From Eledone cirrhosa (taxonomy: Eukaryota), in assembly GCA_964016885.1 (NCBI GenBank), contig OZ024741.1:319114001-319178000 (forward strand): DNA of 64,000 nucleotides. Direction: 5' to 3'. The notes below the pieces were generated by a model. That model saw only the letters and a list, made by a program, of their open reading frames with translations. It searched no databases and was not told the origin of the DNA. Shown here piece by piece: positions 23,454 to 37,833 of this stretch (the first letter of the stretch is position 1; each line of letters begins with the position of its first letter). The position numbers were made by a program, and so were the translations under genes.

Positions 23454-26400
23454 GATGGTCAACCACAATGGTATGTCAATACCATAAGAGACTGGACCAC
23501 AGACCAAATGATGGTTAGACAAAGAGGTATGTCAATACCATAAGAGACTGGACCACAGACCAAATGATGGTTAGACACTGTGGTATGTCAATACCATAAG
23601 AGACTGGACCACAGACCAAATGATGGTTAGACACTGTGCTATGTCAATACCATAAGAGACTGGACCACAGACCAAATGATGGTTAGACACAGAGGTATGT
23701 CAATACCATAAGAGACTGGACCACAGACCAAATGATGGTTAGACACTGTGGTATGTCAACACCATAAGAGACTGGACCACAGACCAAATGATGGTTAGAC
23801 ACAGAGGTATGTCAATACCATAAGAGACTGGACCACAGACCAAATGATGGTTAGTCAAAGAGGTATGTCAATACCATAAGAGACTGGACCACAGACCAAA
23901 TGATGGTTAGTCAAAGAGGTATGTCAATACCATAAGAGACTGGACCACAGATCAAATGATGGTTAGTCAAAGAGGTATGTCAATACCATAAGAGACTGGA
24001 CCACAGACCAAATGATGGTTAGTCAAAGAAGTATGTCAATACCATAAGAGACTGGACCACAGACCAAATGATGGTTAGTCAAAGAGGTATGTCAATACCA
24101 TAAGAGACTGGACCACAGACTAAATGATGGTTAGACACTGTGGTATGTTAATACCATAAGAGACTGGACCACAGACTAAATGATGGTTAGACACTGTGGT
24201 ATGTTAATACCATAAGAGACTGGACCACAGACCAAATGATGGTTAGACACTGTGGTATGTCAATACCATAAGAGGCTGGACCGCAGACCAAATGATGGTT
24301 AGACACTGTGGTATGTCAATACCATAAGAGACTGGACCACAGACCAAATGATGGTTAGTCAAAGAGGTATGTCAATACCATAAGAGACTGGACCACAGAC
24401 CAAATGATGGTTAGACACTGTGGTATGTCAATACCATAAGAGACTGGACCACAGACCAAATGATGGTTAGACACAGAGATAAGTCAACACCATAAGAGAC
24501 TGGACCACAGACCAAATGATGGTTAGACACTGTGCTATGTCAATACCATAAGAGACTGGACCACAGACCAAATGATGGTTAGACACAGAGATAAGTCAAC
24601 ACCATAAGAGACTGGACCACAGACCAAATGATGGTTAGACACTGTGCTATGTCAACACCATAAGAGACTGAACCACAGATCAAATGATGGTTAGATACTG
24701 TGCTATGTCAATACCATAAGAGACTGAACCACAGACCAAATGATGGTTGGACACAGAGGTATGTCAATACCATAAGAGACTGGACCACAGACCAAATGAT
24801 GGTTAGACACAGAGGTATGTCAACACCATAAGAGACTGGACCACAGACCAAATGATGGTTAGACACAGAGGTATGTCAACACCATAAGAGACTGGACCAC
24901 AGATCAAATGATGGTTAGACACTGTGCTATGTCAATACCATAAGAGACTGGACCACAGACCAAATGATGGTTGGACACAGAGGTATGTCAATACCATAAG
25001 AGACTGGACCACAGACCAAATGATGGTTAGACACTGTGGTATGTCAATACCATAAGATACTGGACCACAGACCAAATGATGGTTAGACACTGTGGTATGT
25101 CAATACCATAAGAGACTGGACCACAGACCAAATGATGGTTAGACACAGAGGTAAGTCAACACCATAAGAGACTGGGCCACAGACCAAATGATGGTTAGAC
25201 ACAGAGGTATGTCAACACCATAAGAGACTGGACCACAGACCAAATGATGGTTAGACACTGTGGTATGTCAATACCATAAGATACTGGACCACAGACCAAA
25301 TGATGGTTAGACACTGTGGTATGTCAATACCATAAGAGGCTGGACCACAGACCAAATGATGGTTAGACACTGTGGTATGTCAATACCATAAGAGACTGGA
25401 CCACAGACCAAATGATGGTTAGTCAAAGAGGTATGTCAATACCATAAGAGACTGGACGACAGACCAAATGATGGTTAGACACAGAGGTATGTCAATAACA
25501 TAAGAGACTGGACCACAGACCAAATGATGGTTAGACACAGAGGTATGTCAATACCATAAGAGACTGGACCACAGACCAAATGATGGTTGGACACAGAGGT
25601 ATGTCAATACCATAAGAGACTGGACCACAGACCAAATGATGGTTGGACACTGAGGTATGTCAATACCATAAGAGACTGCACCACAGACCAAATGATGGTT
25701 AGACACAGAGGTATGTCAACACCATAAGAGACTGGACCACAGACCAAATGATGGTTAGACACAGAGGTATGTCAACACCATAAGAGACTGGACCACAGAC
25801 CAAATGATGGTTAGACACAGAGGTATGTCAATACCATAAGAGACTGGACCACAGACCAAATGATGGTTAGACACTGTGGTATGTCAATACCATAAGAGAC
25901 TGGACCACAGACCAAATGATGGTTAGACACAGAGATAAGTCAACACCATAAGAGACTGGACCACAGACCAAATGATGGTTAGACACTGTGCTATGTCAAT
26001 ACCATAAGAGACTGGACCACAGACCAAATGATGGTTAGACACAGAGATAAGTCAACACCATAAGAGACTGGACCACAGACCAAATGATGGTTAGACACTG
26101 TGCTATGTCAACACCATAAGAGACTGAATCACAGATCAAATGATGGTTAGATACTGTGCTATGTCAATACCATAAGAGACTGAACCACAGACCAAATGAT
26201 GGTTGGACACAGAGGTATGTCAATACCATAAGAGACTGGACCACAGACCAAATGATGGTTAGATACAGAGGTATGTCAACACCATAAGAGACTGGACCAC
26301 AGACCAAATGATGGTTAGACACAGAGGTATGTCAACACCATAAGAGACTGGACCACAGATCAAATGATGGTTAGACACTGTGCTATGTCAATACCATAAG

Positions 26401-29400
26401 AGACTGGACCACAGACCAAATGATGGTTAGACACTGTGGTATGTCAATACCATAAGATACTGGACCACAGACCAAATGATGGTTAGACACTGTGGTATGT
26501 CAATACCATAAGAGACTGGACCACAGACCAAATGATGGTTAGACACAGAGGTAAGTCAACACCATAAGAGACTGGACCACAGACCAAATGATGGTTAGAC
26601 ACAGAGGTATGTCAACACCATAAGAGACTGGACCACAGACCAAATGATGGTTAGACACTGTGGTATGTCAATACCATAAGATACTGGACCACAGACCAAA
26701 TGATGGTTAGACACTGTGGTATGTCAATACCATAAGATACTGGACCACAGACCAAATGATGGTTAGACACTGTGCTATGTCAATACCATAAGAGACTGGA
26801 CCACAGACCAAATGATGGTTGGACACAGAGGTATGTCAACACCATAAGAGACTGGACCACAGACCAAATGATGGTTAGGCACTGTGGTATGTCAATACCA
26901 TAAGAGACTGGACCACAGACCAAATGATGGTTAGACACAGAGGTATGTCAACACCATAAGAGACTGGACCACAGACCAAATGATGGTTAGACACAGAGGT
27001 ATGTCAACACCATAAGAGACTGGATCACAGATCAAATGATGGTTAGACACTGTGGTATGTCAACACCATAAGAGACTGGACCACAGACCAAATGATGGTT
27101 AGACACTGTGGTATGTGAATACCATAAGATACTGGACCACAGACCAAATGATGGTTAGACACTGTGGTATGTCAATACCATAAGAGACTGGACCACAGAC
27201 CAAATGATGGTTAGACACAGAGGTAAGTCAACACCATAAGAGACTGGACCACAGACCAAATGATGGTTAGACACAGAGGTATGTCAACACCATAAGAGAC
27301 TGGACCACAGACCAAATGATGGTTAGACACTGTGGTATGTCAATACCATAAGATACTGGACCACAGACCAAATGATGGTTAGACACTGTGGTATGTCAAT
27401 ACCATAAGATACTGGACCACAGACCAAATGATGGTTAGACACTGCGGTATGTCAATACCATAAGATACTGGACCACAGACCAAATGATGGTTAGCCACAG
27501 AGGTATGTCAATACCATAAGAGACTGGACCACAGACCAAATGATGGTTGGACACAGAGGTATGTCAATACCATAAGAGACTGGACCACAGACCAAATGAT
27601 GGTTAGACACAGAGGTATGTCAATACCATAAGAGACTGGACCACAGACCAAATGATGGTTAGACACAGAGGTATGTCAATACCATAAGAGACTGGACCAC
27701 AGACCAAATGATGGTTAGACACTGTGGTATGTCAATACCATAAGATACTGGACCACAGACCAAATGATGGTTAGACACTGTGGTATGTCAATACCATAAG
27801 AGACTGGACCACAGACCAAATGATGGTTAGACAAAGAGGTATGTCAATACCATAAGAGACTGGACCACAGACCAAATGATGGTTAGACACTGTGGTATGT
27901 CAATACCATAAGATACTGGACCACAGACCAAATGATGGTTAGACACTGTGCTATGTCAATACCATAAGAGACTGGACCACAGACCAAATGATGGTTGGAC
28001 ACAGAGGTATGTCAACACCATAAGAGACTGGACCACAGACCAAATGATGGTTAGGCACTGTGGTATGTCAATACCATAAGAGACTGGACCACAGACCAAA
28101 TGATGGTTAGACACAGAGGTATGTCAACACCATAAGAGACTGGACCACAGACCAAATGATGGTTAGACACAGAGGTATGTCAACACCATAAGAGACTGGA
28201 TCACAGATCAAATGATGGTTAGACACTGTGGTATGTCAACACCATAAGAGACTGGACCACAGACCAAATGATGGTTAGACACAGAGGTAAGTCAACACCA
28301 TAAGAGACTGGACCACAGACCAAATGATGGTTAGACACAGAGGTATGTCAACACCATAAGAGACTGGACCACAGACCAAATGATGGTTAGACACTGTGGT
28401 ATGTCAATACCATAAGATACTGGACCACAGACCAAATGATGGTTAGACACTGTGGTATGTCAATACCATAAGATACTGGACCACAGACCAAATGATGGTT
28501 AGACACTGCGGTATGTCAATACCATAAGATACTGGACCACAGACCAAATGATGGTTAGCCACAGAGGTATGTCAATACCATAAGAGACTGGACCACAGAC
28601 CAAATGATGGTTGGACACAGAGGTATGTCAATACCATAAGAGACTGGACCACAGACCAAATGATGGTTAGACACAGAGGTATGTCAATACCATAAGAGAC
28701 TGGACCACAGACCAAATGATGGTTAGACACAGAGGTATGTCAATACCATAAGAGACTGGACCACAGACCAAATGATGGTTAGACACTGTGGTATGTCAAT
28801 ACCATAAGATACTGGACCACAGACCAAATGATGGTTAGACACTGTGGTATGTCAATACCATAAGAGACTGGACCACAGACCAAATGATGGTTAGCCACTG
28901 TGGTATGTCAATACCATAAGATACTGGACCACAGACCAAATGATGGTTAGACACTGTGGTATGTCAATACCATAAGATACTGGACCACAGACCAAATGAT
29001 GGTTAGACACTGTGCTATGTCAATACCATAAGAGACTGGACCACAGACCAAATGATGGTTGGACACAGAGGTATGTCAACACCATAAGAGACTGGACCAC
29101 AGACCAAATGATGGTTAGGCACTGTGGTATGTCAATACCATAAGAGACTGGACCACAGACCAAATGATGGTTAGACACAGAGGTATGTCAACACCATAAG
29201 AGACTGGACCACAGACCAAATGATGGTTAGACACAGAGGTATGTCAACACCATAAGAGACTGGATCACAGATCAAATGATGGTTAGACACTGTGGTATGT
29301 CAACACCATAAGAGACTGGACCACAGACCAAATGATGGTTAGACACTGTGGTATGTGAATACCATAAGATACTGGACCACAGACCAAATGATGGTTAGAC

Positions 29401-31085
29401 ACTGTGGTATGTCAATACCATAAGAGACTGGACCACAGACCAAATGATGGTTAGACACAGAGGTAAGTCAACACCATAAGAGACTGGACCACAGACCAAA
29501 TGATGGTTAGACACAGAGGTATGTCAACACCATAAGAGACTGGACCACAGACCAAATGATGGTTAGACACTGTGGTATGTCAATACCATAAGATACTGGA
29601 CCACAGACCAAATGATGGTTAGACACTGTGGTATGTCAATACCATAAGATACTGGACCACAGACCAAATGATGGTTAGACACTCCGGTATGTCAATACCA
29701 TAAGATACTGGACCACAGACCAAATGATGGTTAGCCACAGAGGTATGTCAATACCATAAGAGACTGGACCACAGACCAAATGATAGTTGGACACAGAGGT
29801 ATGTCAATACCATAAGAGACTGGACCACAGACCAAATGATGGTTAGACACAGAGGTATGTCAATACCATAAGAGACTGGACCACAGACCAAATGATGGTT
29901 AGACACAGAGGTATGTCAATACCATAAGAGACTGGACCACAGACCAAATGATGGTTAGACACTGTGGTATGTCAATACCATAAGATACTGGACCACAGAC
30001 CAAATGATGGTTAGACACTGTGGTATGTCAATACCATAAGAGACTGGACCACAGACCAAATGATGGTTAGCCACTGTGGTATGTCAATACCATAAGAGAC
30101 TGGACCACAGACCAAATGATGGTTAGTCAAAGACGTATGTCAATACCATAAGAGACTGGACCACAGACCAAATGATGGTTAGACACTGTGGTATGTCAAT
30201 ACCATAAGAGATTGGACCACAGACCAAATGATGGTTAGACTCAGAGGTATGTCAATACCATAAGAGACTGGACCACAAACCAAATGATGGTTAGCCACTG
30301 AGGTATGTCAACACCATAAGAGACTGGACCACAGACCAAATGATGGTTAGACACAGAGGTATGTCAATACCATAAGAGACTGGACCACAGACCAAATGAT
30401 GGTTAGACACTGAGGTATGTCAATACCATAAGAGACTGGACCACAGATCAAATGATGGTTAGACACTGTGGTATGTCAATACCATAAGAGACTGGACCAC
30501 AGACCAAATGATGGTTAGACACTGTGGTATGTCAAAACCATAAGAGACTGGACCACAGACCAAATGATGGTTAAACACAGGTATGTCAATACCATAAGAT
30601 ACTGGACCACAGACCAAATGATGGTTAGACACTGTGCTATTTCAATACCATAAGAGACTGGACCATAGACCAAATGATGGTTAGACACTGTGGTATGTCA
30701 ACACCATAAGAGACTGGACCACAGACCAGATGATGGTTAGTCAAAGAGGTATGTCAATACTTAAGAGACTGGACCACAGACCAAATGATGGTTAGCCACT
30801 GTGCTATGTCAATACCATAAGAGACTGGACCACAGACCAAATGATGGTTAGCCACTGAGGTATGTCAATGCCATAAGAGACTGGACCACAGACCAAATGA
30901 TGGTTAGACACAGAGGTATGTCAACACCATAAGAGATTGGACCACAGACCAAATGATGGTTAGACACAGAGGTATGTCAATACCATAAGAGACTGGACCA
31001 CAGACCAAATGATGGTTAGACATTGTGGTATGTCAATACCATAAGAGACTGGACCACAGACCAAATGATGGTTAGTCAAAGAGGT
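23454..31085. repeat. 56-bp minisatellite, about 136 units, filling one laminin intron
   Basis: Unit GTATGTCAATACCATAAGAGACTGGACCACAGACCAAATGATGGTTAGACAC(AGAG/TGTG); period 56 (23471 to 23527). Confidence 0.98.
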
Positions 31086-31155
31086 TCATCCAAACCCAAA
31101 GAAAAAAAAACAATCAATTACACAGACCAATAAACACAGACATAACAAAACTTAC

Positions 31156-31300
31156 TGTATTTTTCAGAAATAAAAGCAAGACATCTGTCTGATGTGTTTT
31201 GAAGCTAAATTGAATTGATGTTAAACCATTCTTCAAGAGATTAGCAACTTGGAATTCTGCAAAACCATTACCTTCAAAGACCATTGAAGAGCTGTCACTA
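31156..31300 (-). CDS. Laminin alpha-like exon (start of LG2)
   Basis: TTCTACAG / GTAAGT; SDSSSMVFEGNGFAEFQV...IQFSFKTHQTDVLLLFLKNT, the classic LG F.G.GF...F.F.T...LL pattern; phases 2/0. Confidence 0.9.
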
Positions 31301-32830
31301 CTGTAGAACAAGAAACGACACATAATACAGTTTGAATTATTAATTATTATATATCTAATTATCAATACTGAAGTAGCATCTTAATATTCATTTATAATAA
31401 GGCTAAAAAAATGAGTCTTGTTACTCTGGAGTTTTGCCTGTTTATTCCACGGTCATCAGACAAGAACAAACATTTCAATGCAGTCACAGTATAAATAAGG
31501 AAGACTTGGGGTGGGGGGAGGAGGATTTAATTGAGAAGGGGTAATTATGATAAAATGGGCAGGGTGGTGGTGGCAGTGTGTGTGTGGGGGGGGGGGGGGG
31601 GAGATTATAAAGGCCATAGAAATTTAACTGGCCAGTGGAAGGCAGGTGGTGGATGTATAGGAGTAAGTGAAAAATGTTGGTGGGATTGGCAGAGAATTAA
31701 AAGAATTGAATAATTAAAGAATTCGGTACAGTGAAGATTATGGGAATATAATCTATGCTGGATTGATGATCAAGTGTTGGCCTGGTTAGTATTGATGTTA
31801 AATAGATACGTGTAATGTATCTGATGGAGATATAACTACCATGGAGATTAAGGATATTATGGGATTATATATATGATGATGATAGTTGTGGTGGCGGGGT
31901 TGTTTGTATGTGTGCATGTGTGTTAGGTGTATATAAGGTATGAGGAATAAAAGAGGTAAAGAAAAATGAAAAGTTAAATAATTGACAATGGCAAAAGTGG
32001 AAGAAATAAAAAATAGAGGAAAATTAGAAAAAATATTAGAAGAAAATAATAAATTTTTTAGAATACACCTTTTAATTTTTTTTTACCTCTTTTATTCCTC
32101 ATATATTATGTGCACCTAACATGGGATGGTTTCTGGCGGTTTAGTATTAAAAGAGTTCAGCTGGTGTGTTTAAAGCAAAACTTAATAAAACGTTCTTACA
32201 TAAAATTATGATGGAATGTTTTTAGATATATATAAACACTTTTAACCCTTTAGCATTTAAACCGGCCATATCCAGCCAGAATTCTCTTAACATTTTCTGT
32301 TCAAACCAGCTATAACTGGCCACTCATTTGATATTATTTGAGTTAATTATGTGAGATAAAGCCTTTACCATGAAAATACAATAGTATATATAAATATGCC
32401 CCCACCCCTCCCTCTGCAAAGTGGTCATGGAGGTGTCACAACAAAAAAGCACCCAGTCCACACTGTAAAGTGGTCGTGTAAGCGCCACGTTAAAAAAGCA
32501 CCCAGTACTCACTGTAAATGAGGTTGGTGTTAGGAAGGGCATCCAGCTGTAGAAATCAAGCCAAAATCAGTTCCCCTATGAGTAAGACAAGGTCACCCGA
32601 CCTGGCATTGCTCACAACAAGACATCCCGTCTAACCCATGCTAGCATGGAAGAATGGACATAAAACGGTGATGATGATGATGATATAAAGTAATGTAAAT
32701 GCTAAAGGGTTAAGTTTTGTATCATAGAACAATTTGGTATAACAATGTTTAATAGTTTTACAATGGCCGCAGATATTTGGCTGGCATCAGTAAAAGGGTA
32801 AAAGAATCTATGTATATCTAAACAACTTAC

Positions 32831-32949
32831 CATCCATGTGGGCAAGGTGTAGGTTGGGAAGCATCTGACAATGGCTGCATCAGAGATAGGGAATGTCCAT
32901 CAATATCAACTGATCCAACACAACCTTCCAGCTGTTTTAATTTGTTTTT
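32831..32949 (-). CDS. Laminin alpha-like exon (end of LG1)
   Basis: TATAG / GTAAGT; KNKLKQLEGCVGSVDIDGHSLSLMQPLSDASQPTPCPHG; phases 0/2. Confidence 0.87.
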
Positions 32950-33362
32950 CTATACAGGAAATAAAAGATAAATATATAAGGCAAATAGGAAGTAACTATA
33001 TGGTTTTATCAAATGCACATAAACACAAACATGCATGTAGATTTATATGGATCTTTACTTACACCGATTTTTAATCTTCTGAGGAGATACAAACCTATTT
33101 CAACATATACTAGTGTAATGTATAAGTATTCTTCCCCATGCTGCTATTATTTCAGTAGAGCGTTGGACACCCTGCTTCGCACCATAAAGTTACATTCTGA
33201 GTTCAAATCCCACCGAGGTTAGCTTTGCCTTTAATCCTTACGAGGTTGATAAAATAAAGTACCAGTCATGCACTGGGATCGATTTAGTCGACTTTTCCCT
33301 CTCCCAAAATTGCTGGCCTTGTGCCTATATAAGAAACCATTATTATTATCATCATCATCATC

Positions 33363-33785
33363 CTGTAATGCAGTGCAGATGGATAATGCACCAGGGTATC
33401 TAGTCATCTGTCAAGTCCCAACAAGGAACTCAGAGAGATAATACTTTCCTTAAAATGTGCGAAGTGCCTAGCAAGGCTGATTTTTGTATGATGCCAACCA
33501 TGCATAGTATTCTCAACTACTTTAAGAAGTGTTGGAGTTTTAATGGTATTGGCCCTAATGCCCTGATCACAACTGGTATCACTTTCACATTACCCTCTTG
33601 CATTCTAAATAGTCTTGCCAAATCCACTTTCAATTTAGAGTACTTGGTGATTTTTTTCAATCTCCTTACTTGCAATATTCATATCATTTGCTATGGCCAC
33701 ATCAATGATTTGGCAGTATTTTTCTTTTTTGTTCAACAAGACAATGTCCGGTCGGCAATGCTTAATTATTCTATCAGCTTGATTA
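33363..33785 (-). mobile_element. R4/Dong-type non-LTR retrotransposon 3' fragment (restriction-like endonuclease)
   Basis: Reads RPDIVLLNKKEKYCQIIDVAIANDMNIASKEIEK/ITKYSKL...VKVIPVVIRALG...QKSALLGTSHILRKVL* with one frameshift and one internal stop; flanked by (TTA)n/(TCA)n. Confidence 0.75.
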
Positions 33786-34169
33786 TCGTTATAATTATTA
33801 TTATTGTCATTACTATTATTATTATTATGGAAGGGCGGTGGATTGGCAGTATCGGTAGAGGGTCGGACGTCATGCTTTGACGCATAGAGTTACGGCCCTT
33901 TCCATTCTGAGTTCAAATCCCGCCAAGGTCAACTTTACCTTTCATCCTTACGGGGTCGATAAAATAAAGTACCAGTAATGTACTGGGTAATTGCTGGCCT
34001 TGTGCCAAAAGTAGAAACAACTATTATTATTATGGATGACATATTGCCTAGTTATGTGCTTAATGAAAACTCAGTATCAAAACAATTGTAAAGATTAAAT
34101 GATTGAAGTACTTCTAGTGTGGAAGATGGACGTTAAATGATGATGATGATATCTGACATCTTGATTTGT

Positions 34170-34201
<32 letters not shown>

Positions 34202-34307
34202 GTAATAATAATAAATTTGAAGACAAAAATCCAAAGAGTTTCAGAAGATCCCGTTAAGGGTGAAAGCAGCGATTCTTTGCTTAAACTTTAATCTGTTATT
34301 TTAATAA

Positions 34308-34338
<31 letters not shown>

Positions 34339-35236
34339 TATAAATAAAATAAATTAACAGGAGGCTGGACTGGTGTAAATCCTTGAAAGGTTTATTATAC
34401 TATGACCAGGCTCCATATGAATCCGGTGATATCATCAGGTATTGGAATAGAACAAAGGAATATGTAAAAAACCATGGGTCCGAAAAATCAGAGGCAGAGA
34501 CAAAGAGGACGACTGACCAACTAGCTGCCTTCACCTCAGCCAGTTGCCCTCAAAGTGATGGCAACTGAATCTACTAATGACCATCTGGAGAGGGGGCGAA
34601 GGCTTATAATGCACTACCACCTCTCAGTCAAAGAAAAAGGGGAAGAAAGAAAGGAAGAAAGAAGTCAGCGTAAGGGTCACACTACATTCATGCTAGAAAA
34701 TGCCGCGAAAAATGCTATTCCAAAGAATCTATATGGTCTAATGTGTGAACCGAAAATTGGAACGTTAAACTTGTTGCTAGTTATAGGATGAAATTAAAAA
34801 TATTAAATTGCAAAATGATAAATTGAAAAATAAATTATTAGAAAATTAAAGGTTAAGGTAGTGAGATTTATTTAATGAACTTACGGAGAGAGTCTTATAT
34901 GAAAAAATTTATCTCGATAAGATAAATCGGATATAGAGTAAAGATTTTGATTGCGAGTCCCAGTCAGCACCCCCCAACCATGAGTCAGCCAGTTTCAAGT
35001 GGTATCGTCCAGCGAAAGAAATGGAAATTAATTTTTCCGAGTACTCTAGGAACGTAGCTACCAAAGGCCCCGGGAGTGCTGGCGGGAAGTCTACAATTTC
35101 GACAGGCCATCGTCTATACCAAATGAATATTATTAAATCACACATGAAGGGTTTATTTACCAACAAACCTAAAGAAATATATATATATATATATACAATA
35201 TTAAATAAATGGAAACTATATTTATAAAACCATATT

Positions 35237-35302
35237 TATTTCATTATATATATTTCAGGGATATCATATTAAAAATATGGTATGTCTTCTTCAGACAAAA
35301 TA
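35237..35302 (-). ncRNA. Minimal type I hammerhead ribozyme motif (Penelope pLTR)
   Basis: UAUUUUGU-CUGAAGA-imperfect stem II-GAAA-UAUAUAUA-AUGAAAUA. Confidence 0.6.
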
Positions 35303-35454
35303 CAATATAAACAGTCTTATAAATAGATAGATTTGACATACCTTACAACTTCAACTTCCATTTAAAAAGTTGATTTGGTAGTGAAAAATGTTAGGGACAG
35401 TTATAAAAAGAAAGAAAAAAAAGCGAAGAAAAAGAAGAAATGCATGCAACTAAA

Positions 35455-36145
35455 TAGAGAGAGATAGATATAGAGAGATAGATAGAGAGAAGAAATTCAT
35501 GTAAAGAAACAGAGAGAGATAGATAGAGAGAGAAAAAACACAGAGGGAGATAGATAGAGAGAGAGAAGAGAGAGAGAGAAAAAATAGAGAGAGATAGATA
35601 TAGATAGAGATAGAGTGAAAGAAAATAGGTAGTTGGGCACCAGTTGAATGACGTATCAATGATATATTTATTTATTTATTTATTTAGTTCTAGTATTAAG
35701 GTAGAGAGAGATATATGTGGTTAGGAGAGAAAACAGCCGTTACATAGAGAGAAAAGAAAAATATCCAGACATAAACGAGGCAGATTTAAAACATTATGTT
35801 TCATCAATGTAAAAATATCAATTCGTATGAATTAGGTATTATAATGTAAATATCAGTATTCATGAATGAGACACGTATCAATAATGTGTGAAAAATAATG
35901 ATCATATGTCTAGTTTAAAATTCCTAGGTTTATATCAGAGTTGAGTTAAAAACTGAGATAAAAAAACTGAGATAAAAAAAAACTGAGATAAAAAACTGAG
36001 ATAAAAAAACTTCAAAAAAAATTGAAATACATAAGTATATATGCACTTTCATGAAAAAAGAAAAAAAGAAAAAAAGAAAAAAGAAAAAAGAAAAAAGAAA
36101 AAAGAAAAAAGAAAAAAGAAAAAAGAAAAAAGAAAAAGAAAATAG
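35455..36145. repeat. Low-complexity tracts: (GA/GATA)n, AAAAACTGAGATA units, (AAAAAAG)n
   Basis: Visible at about 35455-35615, 35947-36010 and 36053-36145. Confidence 0.9.
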
Positions 36146-36739
36146 AAGGTTATCCCAGATTCGATACTATAGACTTCCATGTGAATTTACGTGATCAACT
36201 CTGCAAATTCCTATTTCACATGAAAACATTCTCATTGTGCTATAAAAATTCTAGTATACATATATGTGTACATACACACAAATATATATAGAATCTACAT
36301 TAATTTTAACAATACTATTCTTGTCTTTACTCTACATGATTATCGTTCAAGCATAAATAGACAACAGATATCAATATATCAAAAAATTAAAAAATATTAA
36401 AAATAAAACACAGTATGCCCCGCAAATCAACCCTTCAAAATTAATTGACAATATATTGCCAAGTTCATTATAAGCATCAGAATCAAAAGCAAACAAAACC
36501 AAAATTATTTACCAAATCCTGTCTAGCAGAAATCATTCCAAAAGTTTAGGATACCCATTTGATCTACAGATGGTCTTATATTTATTATAGAAGTTTATCT
36601 AGTGTAAAATTTATTCGATATATTTGGAGCATCAGCTTTTAGGGTAGTTTAATTATTCATGAAGAATGTTTAAAAAAAAAGAGAAATCGAAAGATTTATC
36701 GGCGAGTTTCATAAATAATTATACATCAAAGTAAATATA

Positions 36740-37543
36740 CTACATTTTAAATTTATATTTAAAAGTTGAGTTCAATCTATGTCTGCAGCAACTGAATAAA
36801 TTTGTCCGTAAATTAAGGGAATTTTTAGATTTTAGTATAAAGAATATCTCCTCCGCGCAGAGGTCACATGTCTCAGAGGATGAATTAAAAGGAATCCCTC
36901 TTGAGACTATATTCCAAGCCGTCGAATATCCAACGTTATCATGCTTAAGTTGCCAGAGTAAGCCTGATAGTGATGTTGAAGATTTTTTGCTTGGATCTGT
37001 GAAAGAATTCTTGTGGTTATTATAGCGAAGTTTAAATTCTGTCGAGGTGGAACCAACATAGTTAAAAGAATTTAAGTCCGTTTTAACATTACAGTTGTAT
37101 ATTATATTTTTAACTAAGCAATTGTTATTTAACGGACATTTAGATCTATCTCTACAGTTACATTTGTTTACTTGGATATTATTTATGCTATTATCGGTAT
37201 TTTGGCTAGGTTTTAAATTCCTATTATTTATTCTATTAATATTTTGTGCTAAATTTTTGGTGGATGAGTAAGTTAATTTTATAGTATGTCTATTGAAAAT
37301 TGAGTGATACCTATGTGTTCTAGGGAAGCGATTATCAAGAGCATTAAAAAATAGTTTAGCGATGTGGGTTTTAATGTTTAGTGAGAAAGGGGGGGGGGGG
37401 GCACACCATATTATATTCCTAGTTCTATTTCTTTTTTGGCTTTTGGAATTATTGTAATGCTTTCTATTATAGTTGTTAAAGTTGTTGCCGTAATTAAAAT
37501 TGTTGTTATTTTGGTTAGTTTGTCTATTATTATCTATGTACAT
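36740..37543 (-). CDS. Penelope-like GIY-YIG endonuclease region (truncated element)
   Basis: CNCRDRSKCPLNNNCLVKNIIY...YVGSTSTEFKLRYNNHKNSF...LSGLLWQLK...CDLCAEEIFFI...CCRH. Confidence 0.85.
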   Translation of the reverse strand: MYIDNNRQTNQNNNNFNYGNNFNNYNRKHYNNSKSQKRNRTRNIIWCAPPPPFSLNIKTHIAKLFFNALDNRFPRTHRYHSIFNRHTIKLTYSSTKNLAQNINRINNRNLKPSQNTDNSINNIQVNKCNCRDRSKCPLNNNCLVKNIIYNCNVKTDLNSFNYVGSTSTEFKLRYNNHKNSFTDPSKKSSTSLSGLLWQLKHDNVGYSTAWNIVSRGIPFNSSSETCDLCAEEIFFILKSKNSLNLRTNLFSCCRHRLNSTFKYKFKM

Positions 37544-37767
37544 AATTTTATCACTATATCCTGCTCTAGATAACGCTTCATTGTAATACTGGGCTTTTTC
37601 GTCGAAAATCTTTTTATTAGATGAGATTCTAGAGATTCTCTATTTAGTTGCATGCATTTCTTTTTATAACTGTCCCTAACATTTTTCACTACCAAATCAA
37701 CTTTTTAAATAGAAGTTGAAGTTGTAAGGTATGTCAAATCTATCTATTTATAAGACTGTTTATATTG

Positions 37768-37833
37768 TATTTTGTCTGAAGAAGACATACCATATTTTTA
37801 ATATGATATCCCTGAAATATATATAATGAAATA
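37768..37833 (+). ncRNA. Second, inverted copy of the minimal hammerhead motif
   Basis: Reverse complement of 35237-35302. Confidence 0.6.

Noticed and set aside
23454-31085. CRISPR-like array
   Set aside because: Units are near-identical along their whole length with no unique spacers; no cas genes; eukaryotic intron.
34230-34445. Two more hammerhead-like motifs (CAGAAGA...GAAA on +; CTGATGA...GAGCCTGGTC on -)
   Set aside because: Core nucleotides are mutated; at most dead relics.
34341-35170. Possible gene in a CpG-richer segment (ORF 34909-35166)
   Set aside because: No recognisable domain or splice context; bounded by (TA)n and probably an unclassified repeat.
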